Positions 1-12,412 of a stretch of DNA of 64,000 nucleotides are shown here, one piece after another; positions within the stretch are counted from its first letter, which is position 1; every line of letters starts with the position of its first letter. The stretch comes from Octopus vulgaris. Lineage: Eukaryota. Both the position numbers and the translations under genes were made by a program. Where the stretch lies: positions 5,208,001 through 5,272,000 of the forward strand of contig OX597843.1 in assembly GCA_951406725.2 (NCBI GenBank), written 5' to 3'. The notes under the pieces were generated by a model. The model had not been told where the DNA came from. It was given only the letters and a program-made list of their open reading frames with translations, and searched no databases.

Positions 1-100
1 GCGTGGCATCTTGGGCAAGTGTCTTCTGCTATAGCCCCGGGCCGACCAATGCCTTGTGAGTGGATTTGGTAGACGGAAACTGAAAGAAGCCTGTCGTATG

Positions 101-133
<33 letters not shown>

Positions 134-320
134 CTATATATGTTTGCGTGTCTGTGTTTGTCCCCTCCCCCCAACGTCGCTTGACAACCGATGCGGTTCT
201 GCAAAAAGACCGATAGAATAAGTGCTAGGCTTACAAAGAATAAGTCCTGGGGTCAATTTGCTTGACTAAAAGTGGTGCTCCAGCATGGCCACAGTCAAAT
301 GACTGAAACAAGTAAAAGAG
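1..320 (+). mobile_element. tRNA-derived CORE-type SINE (family A), truncated by the window edge
   Basis: CORE-like CTTGGGCAAGT, internal (TA)/(TG) microsatellite and GCTCCAGCATGGCCACAGTCAAATGACTGAAACAAGTAAAAGAG tail, shared with more than 15 other copies in the window. Confidence 0.8.
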
Positions 321-321
321 C

Positions 322-363
<42 letters not shown>

Positions 364-984
364 ATATATTTATTTATACATACATACACACACACGCAGC
401 TACACATACCATCAGAGTGCAATGAAACTGTATTCTATCATGATACCATTTTGTGCTCGGTGGTATGGTGTGGAAAGGATATCTGTGGTTGAGATTTAGC
501 TTCTATTTCTAGCAACTGAAGTGACTACGGAGGTTCTCCTCCAAATGCAATGGAGCCAGCGTAATGGTAGCAAATGTTGGTGGTGGTGGTGGTATGGGTG
601 GTTGTAGTGGTGGTGGTGGTTGCATTGGTGACAATGTTTTGTCAAGGAGATAACAACAGGGTGACAAGGTCCAAGGAAATCACTCTAACATCAAACGGGG
701 TCACACACCTCAGTTCCACCCTGCTACTACCCCGACTTCTCCCACCCCCACACCCAACACCACCACCACCACCCTCCTCTTGCATTCGACGCCTTCCCCC
801 CTACATTCCTCCCACACCCAGATCCTACCTATCTCACCTGTATCAATGAGAGATAACAATAAAAGCTGGGTGGTGTGGTCGTGGTGTGGGGGGATGCAAC
901 ACAGGGTGTCAGTGGGGTATGCAATACACAGAGATATGCAAGTAATGATTGGGGTGGGGTGCCGGTGGTGTTGATGGAGGTGTC

Positions 985-1245
985 AGAGTGGTGATAGTGG
1001 TGGTGGCGGTGATGGTGGTGGTGGCGGTGATGATGGTGGTGATGACGGTGATGATGTTGGTGGTGGTGATAGTGGTGGTGGTGGTGGTGGTGGTGATGGT
1101 GGTGGTGATGACGGTGATGATGTTGGTGGTGATGATGGTGGTGGTGGTGGTGATGGTGGTGGTGATGGTGGTGGTGATGGTGGTGGTGTTGGTGGTGGTG
1201 GTGATGGTGGTGGTGGTGATGGTGATGGTGGTGGTGGTAGTGGTT
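985..1245. repeat. (GGT/GAT)n trinucleotide microsatellite
   Basis: Seen directly; source of the poly-His/poly-Val ORFs. Confidence 0.95.
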
Positions 1246-1439
1246 ACATGAAATTTTGCATGAAAGTGGTGGCCGGTTACTCAATATGGTTTTCTAGAGA
1301 AATTGTTTCATTAGATGCTTGCAAGAAGTGGGGCGATAGGGACTTCGAAGTTTTGGGGCTTGCTGGTCTTCACTCAAATATGTGCCTACGTGAATGTGTA
1401 TGTGTGTGTACTTATGTGTTTGTGTGCATCTGTGTGTCT

Positions 1440-1726
1440 GCATATACACATACACGTATTATATATATATATATATATACATGTATATATATACATATGT
1501 ATATATATACATATAGATAGATAGATAGACAGATCCACACACGCACATAAATATATGCATGTGTATATATGCATGTATATATATGTATATGTGTGTGCGT
1601 GTGTATATATATATATGCATATTTATGTATATGTGTGTGTGTGCTGCATATATGTATCTATGTATATGCACATATATATATATACATACATACATGTGCA
1701 TGTACATATATATATGTATATGCATG

Positions 1727-1762
<36 letters not shown>

Positions 1763-1875
1763 TATGTATATGCATGTATATATACATATACATGCATATA
1801 CACACACATGCACATATACATAATATATACATATATACACATACACACACATGAATATATACATACACACACACA
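1440..1875. repeat. (TA)/(TG)/(CA) compound microsatellite
   Basis: Seen directly. Confidence 0.95.
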
Positions 1876-2124
1876 GCTGTGTGTAAGACCTTTGGTCTCC
1901 TCCCAAATCTTCAATGTTACCTTCTAGTAGTTGTCAAAGGTCACACTGTGCGGTGGAGGGGGTGGGGTGGGTGGGGGTAGAGTGAAGATGGTGTAGGAGG
2001 GTGGGAGGGAGGGAGGGAGGGCAAGATAGATGACAACAACAACAACAACAACCGGCATCCTCTTTATCTGGCTTAATTAGACTTTACAGCTTTGTCACCA
2101 GGGGCTGTCAAGTTTCTGGCAGGC

Positions 2125-2224
2125 CGCCACCACCACCACCACTACTACTATTTCTGCTATTATTGCTACTACTACTACTACTACTGCTACTACTACTGCT
2201 ACTACTACCGCTACTACCACCACC

Positions 2225-2297
<73 letters not shown>

Positions 2298-2300
2298 TTG

Positions 2301-2333
<33 letters not shown>

Positions 2334-2479
2334 TTGCTACTACTACTATTACTACTACCACCTCTACTACTACCACCACCACCACCACCACCACTACTAC
2401 TACTACTATTTCTGCTATTATTGCTACTACTACTACTACTACTGCTACTACTACTGCTACTACTACCGCTACTACCACC

Positions 2480-2552
<73 letters not shown>

Positions 2553-2555
2553 TTG

Positions 2556-2588
<33 letters not shown>

Positions 2589-2666
2589 TTGCTACTACTA
2601 CTATTACTACTACCACCACCACCACCACCACCACCACCACCACTACTACTATTTCTGCTATTATTG

Positions 2667-2698
<32 letters not shown>

Positions 2699-2734
2699 GC
2701 TACTACTACTGCTACTACTACCGCTACTACCACC

Positions 2735-2813
<79 letters not shown>

Positions 2814-2814
2814 T

Positions 2815-2846
<32 letters not shown>

Positions 2847-2963
2847 TTGCTACTACTACTATTACTACTACCACCTCTACTACTACCACCACCACCACCA
2901 CCACCACTACTACTACTACTACAACAAACACCACTACTACTACTACTACTACTACTATTGCTG

Positions 2964-2997
<34 letters not shown>
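2125..2997. repeat. (TAC)n/(CAC)n compound microsatellite with a ~250-bp higher-order unit
   Basis: The marker TATTTCTGCTATTATTGC recurs at ~2149, ~2407 and ~2650. Confidence 0.9.
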
Positions 2998-2998
<1 letters not shown>

Positions 2999-3441
2999 GT
3001 AACCCTCTTCCCGCCTTCACCAACTGTCATCAACACACCACATCCCACCCGTCACCACACACACACACACACACACTCATCACTGCCACTGCAAAGCAGC
3101 TTATCACAACCACCATACTGTGTACCATGGACAGCCTTACCATTGTCACCCCATCCTCACCACCACCACCACCACCACCACCACACTCTTCGTCTGTGGG
3201 AATGACTGTGAAAGAAGAGACAGTAGTTAAAAGTGGAAATATCTTGGTTCATATTTAAATGTTATATATATACATATACATATATTCATATATATGCATA
3301 TATATATATATATATATATATACACACTTATACACATACATATATATATATATAAATATGTATATGTAGAAAAATACAAACTGGGACGAGAACGTTGAAA
3401 ACATTTAGTAAACGATACAAAAAACATGGACGGATCATTCG

Positions 3442-3531
3442 AAGCCTTCAATCTTCAGTCAAGAACCGGATCATCCTTGCAATTTCGGCTGATTAGCAAG
3501 GATGATCTGGTTCTTGACTGAAGATTGAAGG

Positions 3532-3534
<3 letters not shown>
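3442..3534. repeat. Foldback with 39-bp arms and a 15-nt loop, within a TA-flanked Penelope-like repeat
   Basis: AAGCCTTCAATCTTCAGTCAAGAACCGGATCATCCTTGC versus its reverse complement at 3496-3534 (one mismatch). A related copy lies at ~54630-54760. Confidence 0.75.
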
Positions 3535-3564
<30 letters not shown>

Positions 3565-3630
3565 GAACACACACACACACATATATATGTATACACACAC
3601 ATATTTATATATATTCATATACACACACAT

Positions 3631-3680
<50 letters not shown>

Positions 3681-3686
<6 letters not shown>

Positions 3687-4970
3687 CTTCCCAAAAATAA
3701 TGCAGGGTTTTTTTCAATTGCATGAACTAAAAGTTGGAGGGGAACAGGATAAACCACCTGCATCAACTTGCTATAAAAGCAGGTAGCAATTTTACCTTGT
3801 CATTATTCTTAGTGCAAGTTTTGAAGAGTGCAGTTCGATTTTAACAGTTATTTTTTTCAAAGCTATAATGGAAGTGACAAAGGACCATATTCGGTATATT
3901 TTGTTTTAGGAGTTCAACAAAGGCAACAACGCAAAGGAAAGTGTGAGGAATATTAAATGTAATATATGGGGATTGGACAATAAGCACAAGCCAGTGTCAA
4001 AGGTGGTTCCAGAAATGTCAAGCCGGAAACTACTGCCTAGAAGACAAGCTGCATCCTGGAAGATCTGCAGAGCTTGATGAGGATGTCTGGCAAAACCTGG
4101 TGGAACAAAATTCCATCGTAACTGTTGAGGAACTAGCAGAGAAGCTTGGATTTAGTCATTGAACCATTCATCAGCACCTGTGTGCCATCAGAAAAGTCAA
4201 CAAATTGGGTCGATGGATTCCTCACAAATTCTCCAAGGCTGATCACATACAGAGAGTGAATGTGTGCTCTTCTTTGCTGTCACGTCTCATGAATGAACCA
4301 TTTTTGGACCCAATAGTAACTGGTGATGAGAAATGGGTTTTCTATAAAAATGTCAAGTGCCGAAGATAGTGGGTTAGGGAAAGGAGAAATCCAGCACCCC
4401 AGGCTAAAGAAGGTCTTCACCCATGTAAGGTGTTATCTGCTTGGCGGGATATAAAAGGTTGAGTCCACTTTGAACTTTTAAACCCAAACCAAATGATAAC
4501 AAAGGAGATCTACTGCGAACAGCTTGAGTGGCTTAAGCCAGCTCTAGAAGGAAAATGACCAATTATTGGTTTCAAGACAAAAGGCGTTCTTCCATCAGGA
4601 TAATGCTTGGCCACAAACAGCAAGGTTGACATTCCAAAGGTTGGAGCAATTTCAGTGAGAAATGATGCCCCACCCACCATATTCGCCAGACATTGCACCA
4701 TCTGATTATCATTTAATCTGCAGTCTTCAAAATCATTTGGATGGTAAAAAATATGTATTCTGTAGACAAGGTCAGAGCAGTACTGGAGGAGTATATTTCG
4801 TCATGGACAAGTAAAAATTTGGAAGAGCGGCTTTGCAAGTCTACCAGAGAGAGTCAAAGAACATTGTAGAAAATGAAGGAGAGTATATTTTAGATTAAAA
4901 AAGAACTTTGTTTTTTGTTTAAGAAATAAAAGAAGTATAAAAAAAACACACTATTTACAGGATGACCTAA
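3681..4970 (+). mobile_element. Full-length (~1.29 kb) mariner DNA transposon, transposase pseudogenised
   Basis: TIRs TAGGGTCTTCCCAAAAATAATG and ..CTATTTACAGGATGACCTAA, each abutting TA. Disrupted frame from ATG 3868 to TAA 4898 retains WIPHK (WVPHEL-like), IVTGDEKWVFY, HQDNA and HPPYSPDIAPSDYHL (DD34D-type motifs), with several stops and frameshifts. Confidence 0.92.
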
Positions 4971-4984
4971 TACATACATATATA

Positions 4985-5270
4985 TCATCATCATCATCAT
5001 CATCGTTTAACGTCCGTTTTCCATGCTAGCATGGGTTGGACGGTTCGACCGGGGTCTGGTAAGCCATGGAGGCTGCACCAGGCTCCAATCTTGATCTGGC
5101 AGAGTTTCTACAGCTGGATGCCCTTCCTAACACCAACCACTCCGTGAGTAAAGTGGGTGCTTTTTACATGCCACTGGCACAGGGGCCAGGCGAGGCTAGC
5201 AACGGCCACAATCGGTTGGTGGTCTTTACATGCCACCGGCACAGAGGCCAGTCAAAGCGGCGTTGGCATC
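4985..5270 (-). mobile_element. (ATG)n-tailed SINE-like retroelement (family D)
   Basis: (CAT)n-CGTTTAACGTCCGTTTTCCATGCTAGCATGGGTTGGACGG and GGATGCCCTTCCTAA motifs. Other copies at ~13500-13906, 17755-18058, 25313-25545, 27685-28132, 31582-31783, 39555-39938 and 44015-44247. Confidence 0.75.
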
Positions 5271-5439
5271 TCCCCAAGAACTACATTGCGGGAAGATGTG
5301 GCTGTGGAGTACTCGGCCACTTGTATAATTATTTCATGAGCAGGCTGTTCTGTCGAATGGTATCAACTGGAAACACTCACTATCGTGGTAAGCAACAGAG
5401 AGCTAATCTTTAGTGGTATCCCACCCCAAGACAAAATAT

Positions 5440-5668
5440 ATTTCTTTATTGCCCACAAGGAGCTAAACATAGAGGGGACAAACAAGGACAGACAAACGGA
5501 TTAAGTAGATTCTATCGACCCTAGTACGTAACTGGTACTTAATTTATCGACCCTGAAAAGATGAAAGGCAAAGTTGACCTCGGCGGAATTTGAACTCAGA
5601 ACGTGAAAGGCAGACGAAATACGGCTACGCATTTCGCCAGGCGTGCTAACGTTTCTGCCAGCTCGCCG
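5440..5668 (-). mobile_element. SINE family C (GGCGGCGAGCTGGCAGAAACGTTAGCACGCC head)
   Basis: B-box-like GAGTTCAAATTCC and TTTAGCCCCTTGTGGGTAATAAAGAAA tail. Copies, often with tandemly duplicated 3' halves, at 9487-9760, 20220-20714, 21548-21782, 34768-35260, 38836-39425, 55035-55266 and 59490-59915. Confidence 0.8.
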
Positions 5669-6107
5669 CGACAAAATAGAGACTCAGGGGTGTATGACCG
5701 CGTAGGGGTGGGGGGCAAGCAGGCGGGCGAGGTGGGGGTGGGGTGGGTGGTGGGTGTTAGCAGAGACAGTGTCCTTTAGAGATTGTTGTAACGGTGGAGG
5801 GGAGAGCGGAGAGCAACCCCCTCCGCACCCTCTTCTTCATATCATCATCATCATCACCATCATCTTCATCATACAAAGGGGGGGAATGACTACTGTTGAA
5901 ATGTCAGGCAGCTGCCTGTCTGTGACAACAACAACACCCACACCAACCAACCAACAACCAACAACCACAGCAACTACAACAACAACAACAACTACCTGCT
6001 GCTACTGTAATGCTATCCTCTTGTCCCCTTCCCTACCGCACCCCCACCTCCTTCTGGATCATTCTTCTTCTTCTAGTGTGCCCCGCCCTTCACTTCCTCT
6101 CCTCCAT

Positions 6108-6602
6108 CACACACACACGCACACACACATGCACACACACACAGACACACACACACACACACACACACAGACACACACACAGACACACACACACACATGC
6201 ACAAACACACACACGCACAAACACAAACACATGCACACAGACACACACACACACACACAAATGCTGTCCTTGTTTTTGCTCCTCTGAGAAATTCTTGCAT
6301 ATACTATCACCCCATCCAACACACATCAACCACTTCTTCAACCACCACCACCACCACCACCACCACCGAAACTTCTACTACTGCTGCTGCCACCATCACA
6401 CTCATTATATGTTTTATCACCACCACCGCCACCACCACCACCACCACCGCCACCACCGCCACCGCCACCACCGCCACCGCCACCGCCACCACCACCACCG
6501 CCACCGCCACCACCAGCACCACCACCAGCGCCACCGCCACCACCACCGCCGCCGCCACCACCACCACCACCACCACCACCACCACCGCCACCGCCACCAC
6601 CA
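6108..6602. repeat. (CA)n and (CAC/CGC)n microsatellites
   Basis: Seen directly. Confidence 0.9.
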
Positions 6603-7187
6603 TTAATGCTACATACCATACAACCGCCAAAGGAGTGGAGTAGATTTGGTTGCTATTTCTTGACATTGAATATTTCAAAAGCCAGATTCTGCTGCAAATG
6701 TTGTGTTTTGTGGTGATTCTGCACACACACACACACACACATAATATTAGGAAATATGATTCCAAACTTACAAGGAAAAATTCAATTTAGTAATACTAAA
6801 TCAAATCTCACAATATACAATATATGTATATAAATTAGAGAAGAACCACATCTTATCAATTCATTAATTGAAATAACAATGATATGATTAAATTATACCA
6901 TATAGAAAAAAATTAAATATACGACAAAACAAATATACTCTTTACTCTTTTACTTGTTTCAGTCATTTGACTGTGGCCATGCTGGAGCACCGCCTTTAGT
7001 CAAGCAAATCGACCCCCAGGACTTATTCTTTGTAAGCCCAGTACTTATTCTATCGTTCTCTTTTGCTGAACCGCTACGTGACGGGGACGTAAACACACCA
7101 GCATCGGTTGTCAAGCAATGCTAGGGGGACAAACACAGACAAACAAACACATACACATACACACATATATATATATATATATATATA

Positions 7188-7528
7188 CGACCACATACAG
7201 CAAGGATGACATTCCAAAGGCCGGAGCAGTTTCTGTGAGAAACGATGTCCCACCCACCATATTCGCCAGACATTGCACCATCTGATTATCATTTAATCTG
7301 CAGTCTTCAAAATCATTTGGATGGGGAAAATATGAATTCTCTAGACGAGGTCAGAAGAGTATTTTTCATCATGGACAAGTGAATTTTGGAAGAGGGGCCT
7401 TGCATGTCTACCAGATAGATGGAAGAGCATTGTAGAAAATTTCTGATTAAAAAAAGAACTTTGGTCATCTTAATTTTGAAAAATAAAAGAAGTATAAAAA
7501 AAGCTGTATTATTTATGGGATGACCCAA
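7188..7528 (+). mobile_element. 3' fragment of the same mariner family
   Basis: Matches ~4610-4970, including HPPYSPDIAPSDYHL and the TIR ATTTATGGGATGACCCAA-TA. Confidence 0.85.
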
Positions 7529-7559
7529 TATATATACATACATACATACATACATACAA

Positions 7560-7920
7560 GGCACTAGAGTGGCTGTGTGGTAAGTAGCTTGCTTACCAAC
7601 CACATGGCTCCAGGTTCAATCCCATTGCCTGGCACCTTGGGCAAGTGTCTTCTGCTATAGCCCTGGGCCGACCAATGCCTTGTGAGTGGATTTGGTAGAC
7701 GGAAACTGAAAGAAGCCCGTCGTATATATGTATGTATGTGTCTGTGTCTGTGTTTGTCCCACCAACGTCGCTTGACAACCGATGCTGGTGTGTTTACGTC
7801 CCCGTAACTTAGCGGTTCGGCAAAAGAGACCGATAGAATAAGTCCTGGGGTCGATTTGCTTGACTAAAGGCAGTGCTCCAGCATGGCCACAGTCAAATGA
7901 CTGAAACAAGTAAAAGAGTA
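7560..7920 (+). mobile_element. SINE family A, near full length
   Basis: tRNA-like head (A box TGGCTGTGTGG, B box GGTTCAATCCC), CORE-like motif and family tail. Confidence 0.85.
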
Positions 7921-7963
7921 TATTTAATTTTTTTCTTGTAATTGTTTCTTGTGATTTTAAATT

Positions 7964-8353
7964 GCACAGGAGTGGCTATGTGGTAAGTAGCTTGCTAACC
8001 AACCACATGGTTCTGGGTTCAGTCCCACTGCATGCCACCTTGGGCAAGTGTCTTCTACTATAGCCTCGGGCCGACCAAAGCCTTGTGAGTGGATTTGGTA
8101 GACGGAAACTGAACGAAGCCTGTTGTATATATGTATGTGTGTGTATGTGTTTGTGTGTCTGTGTTTGTCCCACCAACATCGCTTGACAACCGATGCTGGT
8201 GTGTTTACGTCCCCGCCACTTAGCGGTTCGGCAAAAAGAGAACGATACAAATAAGTACTGGGCTTACAAAAGAATAAGTCCCAGGGTTGAGTTGCTCGAT
8301 TAAAGGCGGTGCTCCAGCATGGCCGCAGTCAAATGACTGAAACAAGTAAAAGA
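7964..8353 (+). mobile_element. SINE family A, full length
   Basis: Same structure; flanked by a ~45-bp imperfect direct repeat (7921-7965 and 8357-8401). Confidence 0.85.
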
Positions 8354-8427
8354 GAATATTTAATTTTTTTCTTGTACTTGCGCCTTGTGATTTTAAATTG
8401 CGAATAGCCACTTTAATAATTTATATG

Positions 8428-8828
8428 ACTCTTTGACTTGTTTCAGTCATTTGACTGCGGCCATGCTGGAGCACCGCCTTTAGTCGAACAAATCGACCCC
8501 GGGACTTATTCTTTTGTAAGCCCAGTAATTATTCTATCGGTCTCTTTTGCCAAACCGCTAAGTTACGGGGACATAAACACACCAGCATCGGTTGTCAAGC
8601 AATACAAGGGGGACAAACACAGACACTCAAACATACACATATATATATATATATATATATATACGATGGGCTTCTTTCAGTTTCCGTCTACCAAATCCAC
8701 TCACAAGGCATTGGTCGGCCCGAGGCTATAGTAGAAGACACTTGCCCAAGATGCCACGCAGTGGGACTGAACCCGGATCCATGTGCTTGGTAAACAAGCT
8801 ACTTACCACACAGCCACTCCTGCGCCTA
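8428..8828 (-). mobile_element. SINE family A, full length, inverted relative to the 7964 copy
   Basis: Reverse complement of the family consensus, ending ACAGCCACTCCTGCGCC. Confidence 0.85.
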
Positions 8829-8844
8829 TATATAAATAATAATG

Positions 8845-8909
<65 letters not shown>

Positions 8910-10030
8910 GATGCCCTGATGCAGTACCAGGCAGTGGCTCTGGAAGTGTTATCATGTACATTGTTTTGTCTTGGTATAAAAGATGGGTTTTACAGCAAAT
9001 AGTGGACGTTCGGATGGAACTCAAGACCTCTTTGTTCACAGTGGAACTTGTAGAGACGTGCAATGGAAGGGAAGTAACTGTGTAGCTGCTTGCGACCGGA
9101 GAGGAGGAGAGCGGAGATGGGAGGGAGGGGCAAAGAAGGAAGTAAAGAAGAGTAGAAAGGGAGAGGGAGAGGGACAGGTACTCAGAGAGAGAGAGAGAGG
9201 TTGAGGATAAGGTTGAGGGAGAGGGCGGAGTCAGAAAGTGAGCGGAGAAGGAGAGAGAGAGAGGGAGAGAGAGAAATAGTGAGATCGATAGAGAGACACG
9301 GAGAGAAAGAGAGATAGGGTGAGGCAGAGACAGAGAGACAGTGCAAAGGATGAGGGAGAGAGAGAGAGAGAGAGAAAGGCATATAGAAGAGAGAGAAACA
9401 GATAAACATAGAGAGAGAGAGAGAGAGAGAAAGACACACCCGGATAGTCCGACAGATACAAATATACAGTATATATATATATATATTATTTCTTTATTAC
9501 CCACAAGGGGCTAAACATAGAGGGGACAAACAAGGACAGACAAAGGGATTAAGTCGATTACATTGGGCCCAGTGCGTAACTGGTACTTAATTTATCGAAC
9601 TCGAAAGGATGGAAGGCAAAGTCGACCTCGGCGGAATTTGAACTCAGAACGTAAAGACAGACGAAATACCTATTTCTTTACTACCCACAAGGGGCTAAAC
9701 ACAGAGGGGACAAACAAGGACAGACAAAGGGATTAAGTCAATTATATTGACCCCAGTGCGAGAGAGGGAGAGAGAGAGAGAGAGAGAAGCAGAAAACAGA
9801 GAGAGAGAGAGAGAGAAAGACACACCCAGATAGTCCGGCAGATACAAATATACAGTTTATATATATATATGTATATATATGGCAAATCGAAAGATCACCT
9901 AATATATATATACATATACACACACATACACACAAACGGAAATTGAGGGAAAGACACAAAGAGAAAGGCAAAGCAGAGAGAGAGAGAGAAGCAGATAAAT
10001 ACATAAAGAGAGAGAAAAGGGAGAGAGAAC

Positions 10031-10080
10031 TCCCGCCAAATCGGTGTTTACGACCGAATCTTTCCTATTGGAGCGGGAAA
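10031..10080. promoter_or_regulatory. Candidate E2F/CCAAT promoter module upstream of SLX1
   Basis: CCCGCCAAA (reverse complement TTTGGCGGG), ATTGG (reverse CCAAT) and GCGGGAAA (reverse complement TTTCCCGC) within 50 bp of unique sequence. Confidence 0.4.
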
Positions 10081-10174
10081 TTTTACAACAGCCACTGGTT
10101 GTATATTACATTTGGTATGATTTGTATATTTCAAGTCTTTCTCTATATACACGTTGATGATATATTATAATGCA

Positions 10175-10205
<31 letters not shown>

Positions 10206-10394
10206 CTTTATATCCATAACTATGTATAATATTATATAAGGTTTTAAATATAATAATATTAGCATTCATTGAAGCTCTTGACATTTTAAAATCCGTTGTT
10301 ATATATAATATATACTCACACACACACACACATATATATTTCGTTCCAGCACACGATCTCAGATCAAGTCACTCGCTATGCAAGTACATCTCCG

Positions 10395-10431
<37 letters not shown>

Positions 10432-11022
10432 CACCCATTGCATTAATATAAACATTGATAATTCTAAACAATAGGCTCTGTATATATATATATATATATA
10501 TATATAGATATAGATATATATGTATATATACACACGCATATCGGATACAAAGACCCGCTCACACACATACACACATATCGCTCACACACACACATGATGG
10601 GCTTCTTTCAGTTTCTGTCTACCAAATCCACTCCCAAGGCTTTGGTTTCCCCGAGGCACTAGCAGAAGACACTTGCTCAAGGTATCACACAAGTGGGTGT
10701 GAACCCGGAAGCGTGTGGTTGGTAAGCAAGCTACATACCACACAGCCACGCCGTACATATTTTCACTTCCACTTAATTATAATTTTTGAATTTAAACAAA
10801 AAAAGAAACTTATATTCTTAACAATCGACTGAAATTGAACTTTTAGGGTTTTTTTTTAGTTTCGTTAATTTCTGTAAAGAAAAACACAACAAAACAACGC
10901 GAAGTTTAAAAAGACGGAACTCAGAATTTAGGCAAAACGATACGATTTGGGTATATTTTGTCTGTCGGGCAAGAATTTTAATGTTTGGAGAGACGAAGGT
11001 TGATAAGGGTAGCTTTTGAAGA

Positions 11023-11577
11023 GGAGGAGGAAGCACTCCGTCGGTTACGACGACGAGGGTTCCGGTTGATCCGAACCAACGGAACAGCCTGCTCGTGAAA
11101 TTAACGTTTAAGTGGCTGAGCACTCCACAGACACGTGCACCCTTAACATAGTTCTCGGGGATATTCAGCGTGACACAGAGAGTGACAAGGCTGACCCTTT
11201 GAAATACAGGTACAACAGAAACAGGAAGTAAGAGTGAGAGAAAGTTGTGGTGAAAGAGTACAGCAGGGATCACCACCATCCCCTGCCGGAGTCTCGTGGA
11301 GCTTTTAGGTGTTTTCGCTCAATAAACACTCACAACGCCCGGTCTGGGAATCGAAACTGCGATCCTATGACCGCGAGTCCGCTGCCCTAACCACTGGGCC
11401 ATTGCGCCTCCACGGTGAAAGAGTACAGCAGGGATCACCACCATCCCCTGCCGGAGCCTCGTGGAGCTTTAGGTGTTTTCGCTCAATAAACACTCACAAC
11501 GCCCGGTCTGGGAATCGAAACCGCCATCCTATGACCGCGAGTCCGCTGCCCTAACCACTGGGCCATTGCGCCTCCAC
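11023..11577 (-). mobile_element. tRNA-derived SINE family B with a duplicated 5' portion
   Basis: Head GTGGAGGCGCAATGGCCCAGTGGTTAGGGCAGCGGACTCGCGGTC. A 12-bp TSD AGCTTTTGAAGA at 11011 and 11578 flanks the whole unit. Confidence 0.85.
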
Positions 11578-12412
11578 AGCTTTTGAAGAACGTTCTAGGT
11601 GGGGGGTTAAGAAGCTTGCTTCCCAACTACTTAGCTCCGGGTTCAGTCCCACAGCGTGTCACCTTGGACCAACCCTAACCCGAGCGTGGCATCTTCTGCT
11701 ATAATCCTGCACTGACCAAAGCCTTGTGAGTGGATTTGGTAGACGGAAACTGAAAGAAGCCCGCTGTTATCACCATCATCATTATCATCGTCCTTTAGTA
11801 AATGTTTTGGCATTCTTTCGATATAACTCGACAAAATCAAAACACATTTACTTCGGGTATATTTCCGTGGAATCAAATGACAGTTCGATTCTGTTTTTCT
11901 GCTTGGAAATTTGCGGATTTTACATCCACACATGAAACAGATAAGAACAAATATGCAAGGCTTTTTTTTTTCTTCAAGTATAAAATGAGACATTGCTGGC
12001 ATAATTTCGTTATATCTATACTCTACAACCCACGGAAACACCCCAAGTGAAATGTTTTGGTTTTGTCGAGGTATATCGAAGGAATGCCAATGTTTTTCAT
12101 GCTGGCATGGGTTGGACAGTTTGACAGGCTCAGGCAGGTCAGATAATTGTGTTCAGTTTTGTGGTACTACCATGTGTGAGGTACCCAAAAAGCTTGCAAG
12201 ACGGGACCTCTCTATTGATGTGAGGATAGGCTGATCATTGCTCACAACACATCCCCTTTTTTTAATTTTTTTTTCAACTCTTGAATACTATCAGACCAAA
12301 ACAGTTGTGGGTCCCTTTTTTTGTTGACCCCTTATAGTCTGCAAGACAAGTTCCCTTCAATGAACTGATGACTGAACGGTCATTGTTACAACACATCTTT
12401 TTCCCTTCATCT

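Noticed and set aside
2092-3258. 388-aa Tyr/His-rich ORF and overlapping poly-Val/poly-Leu ORFs
   Set aside because: TAC/CAC microsatellite is stop-free in several frames; no ATG start and no domain.
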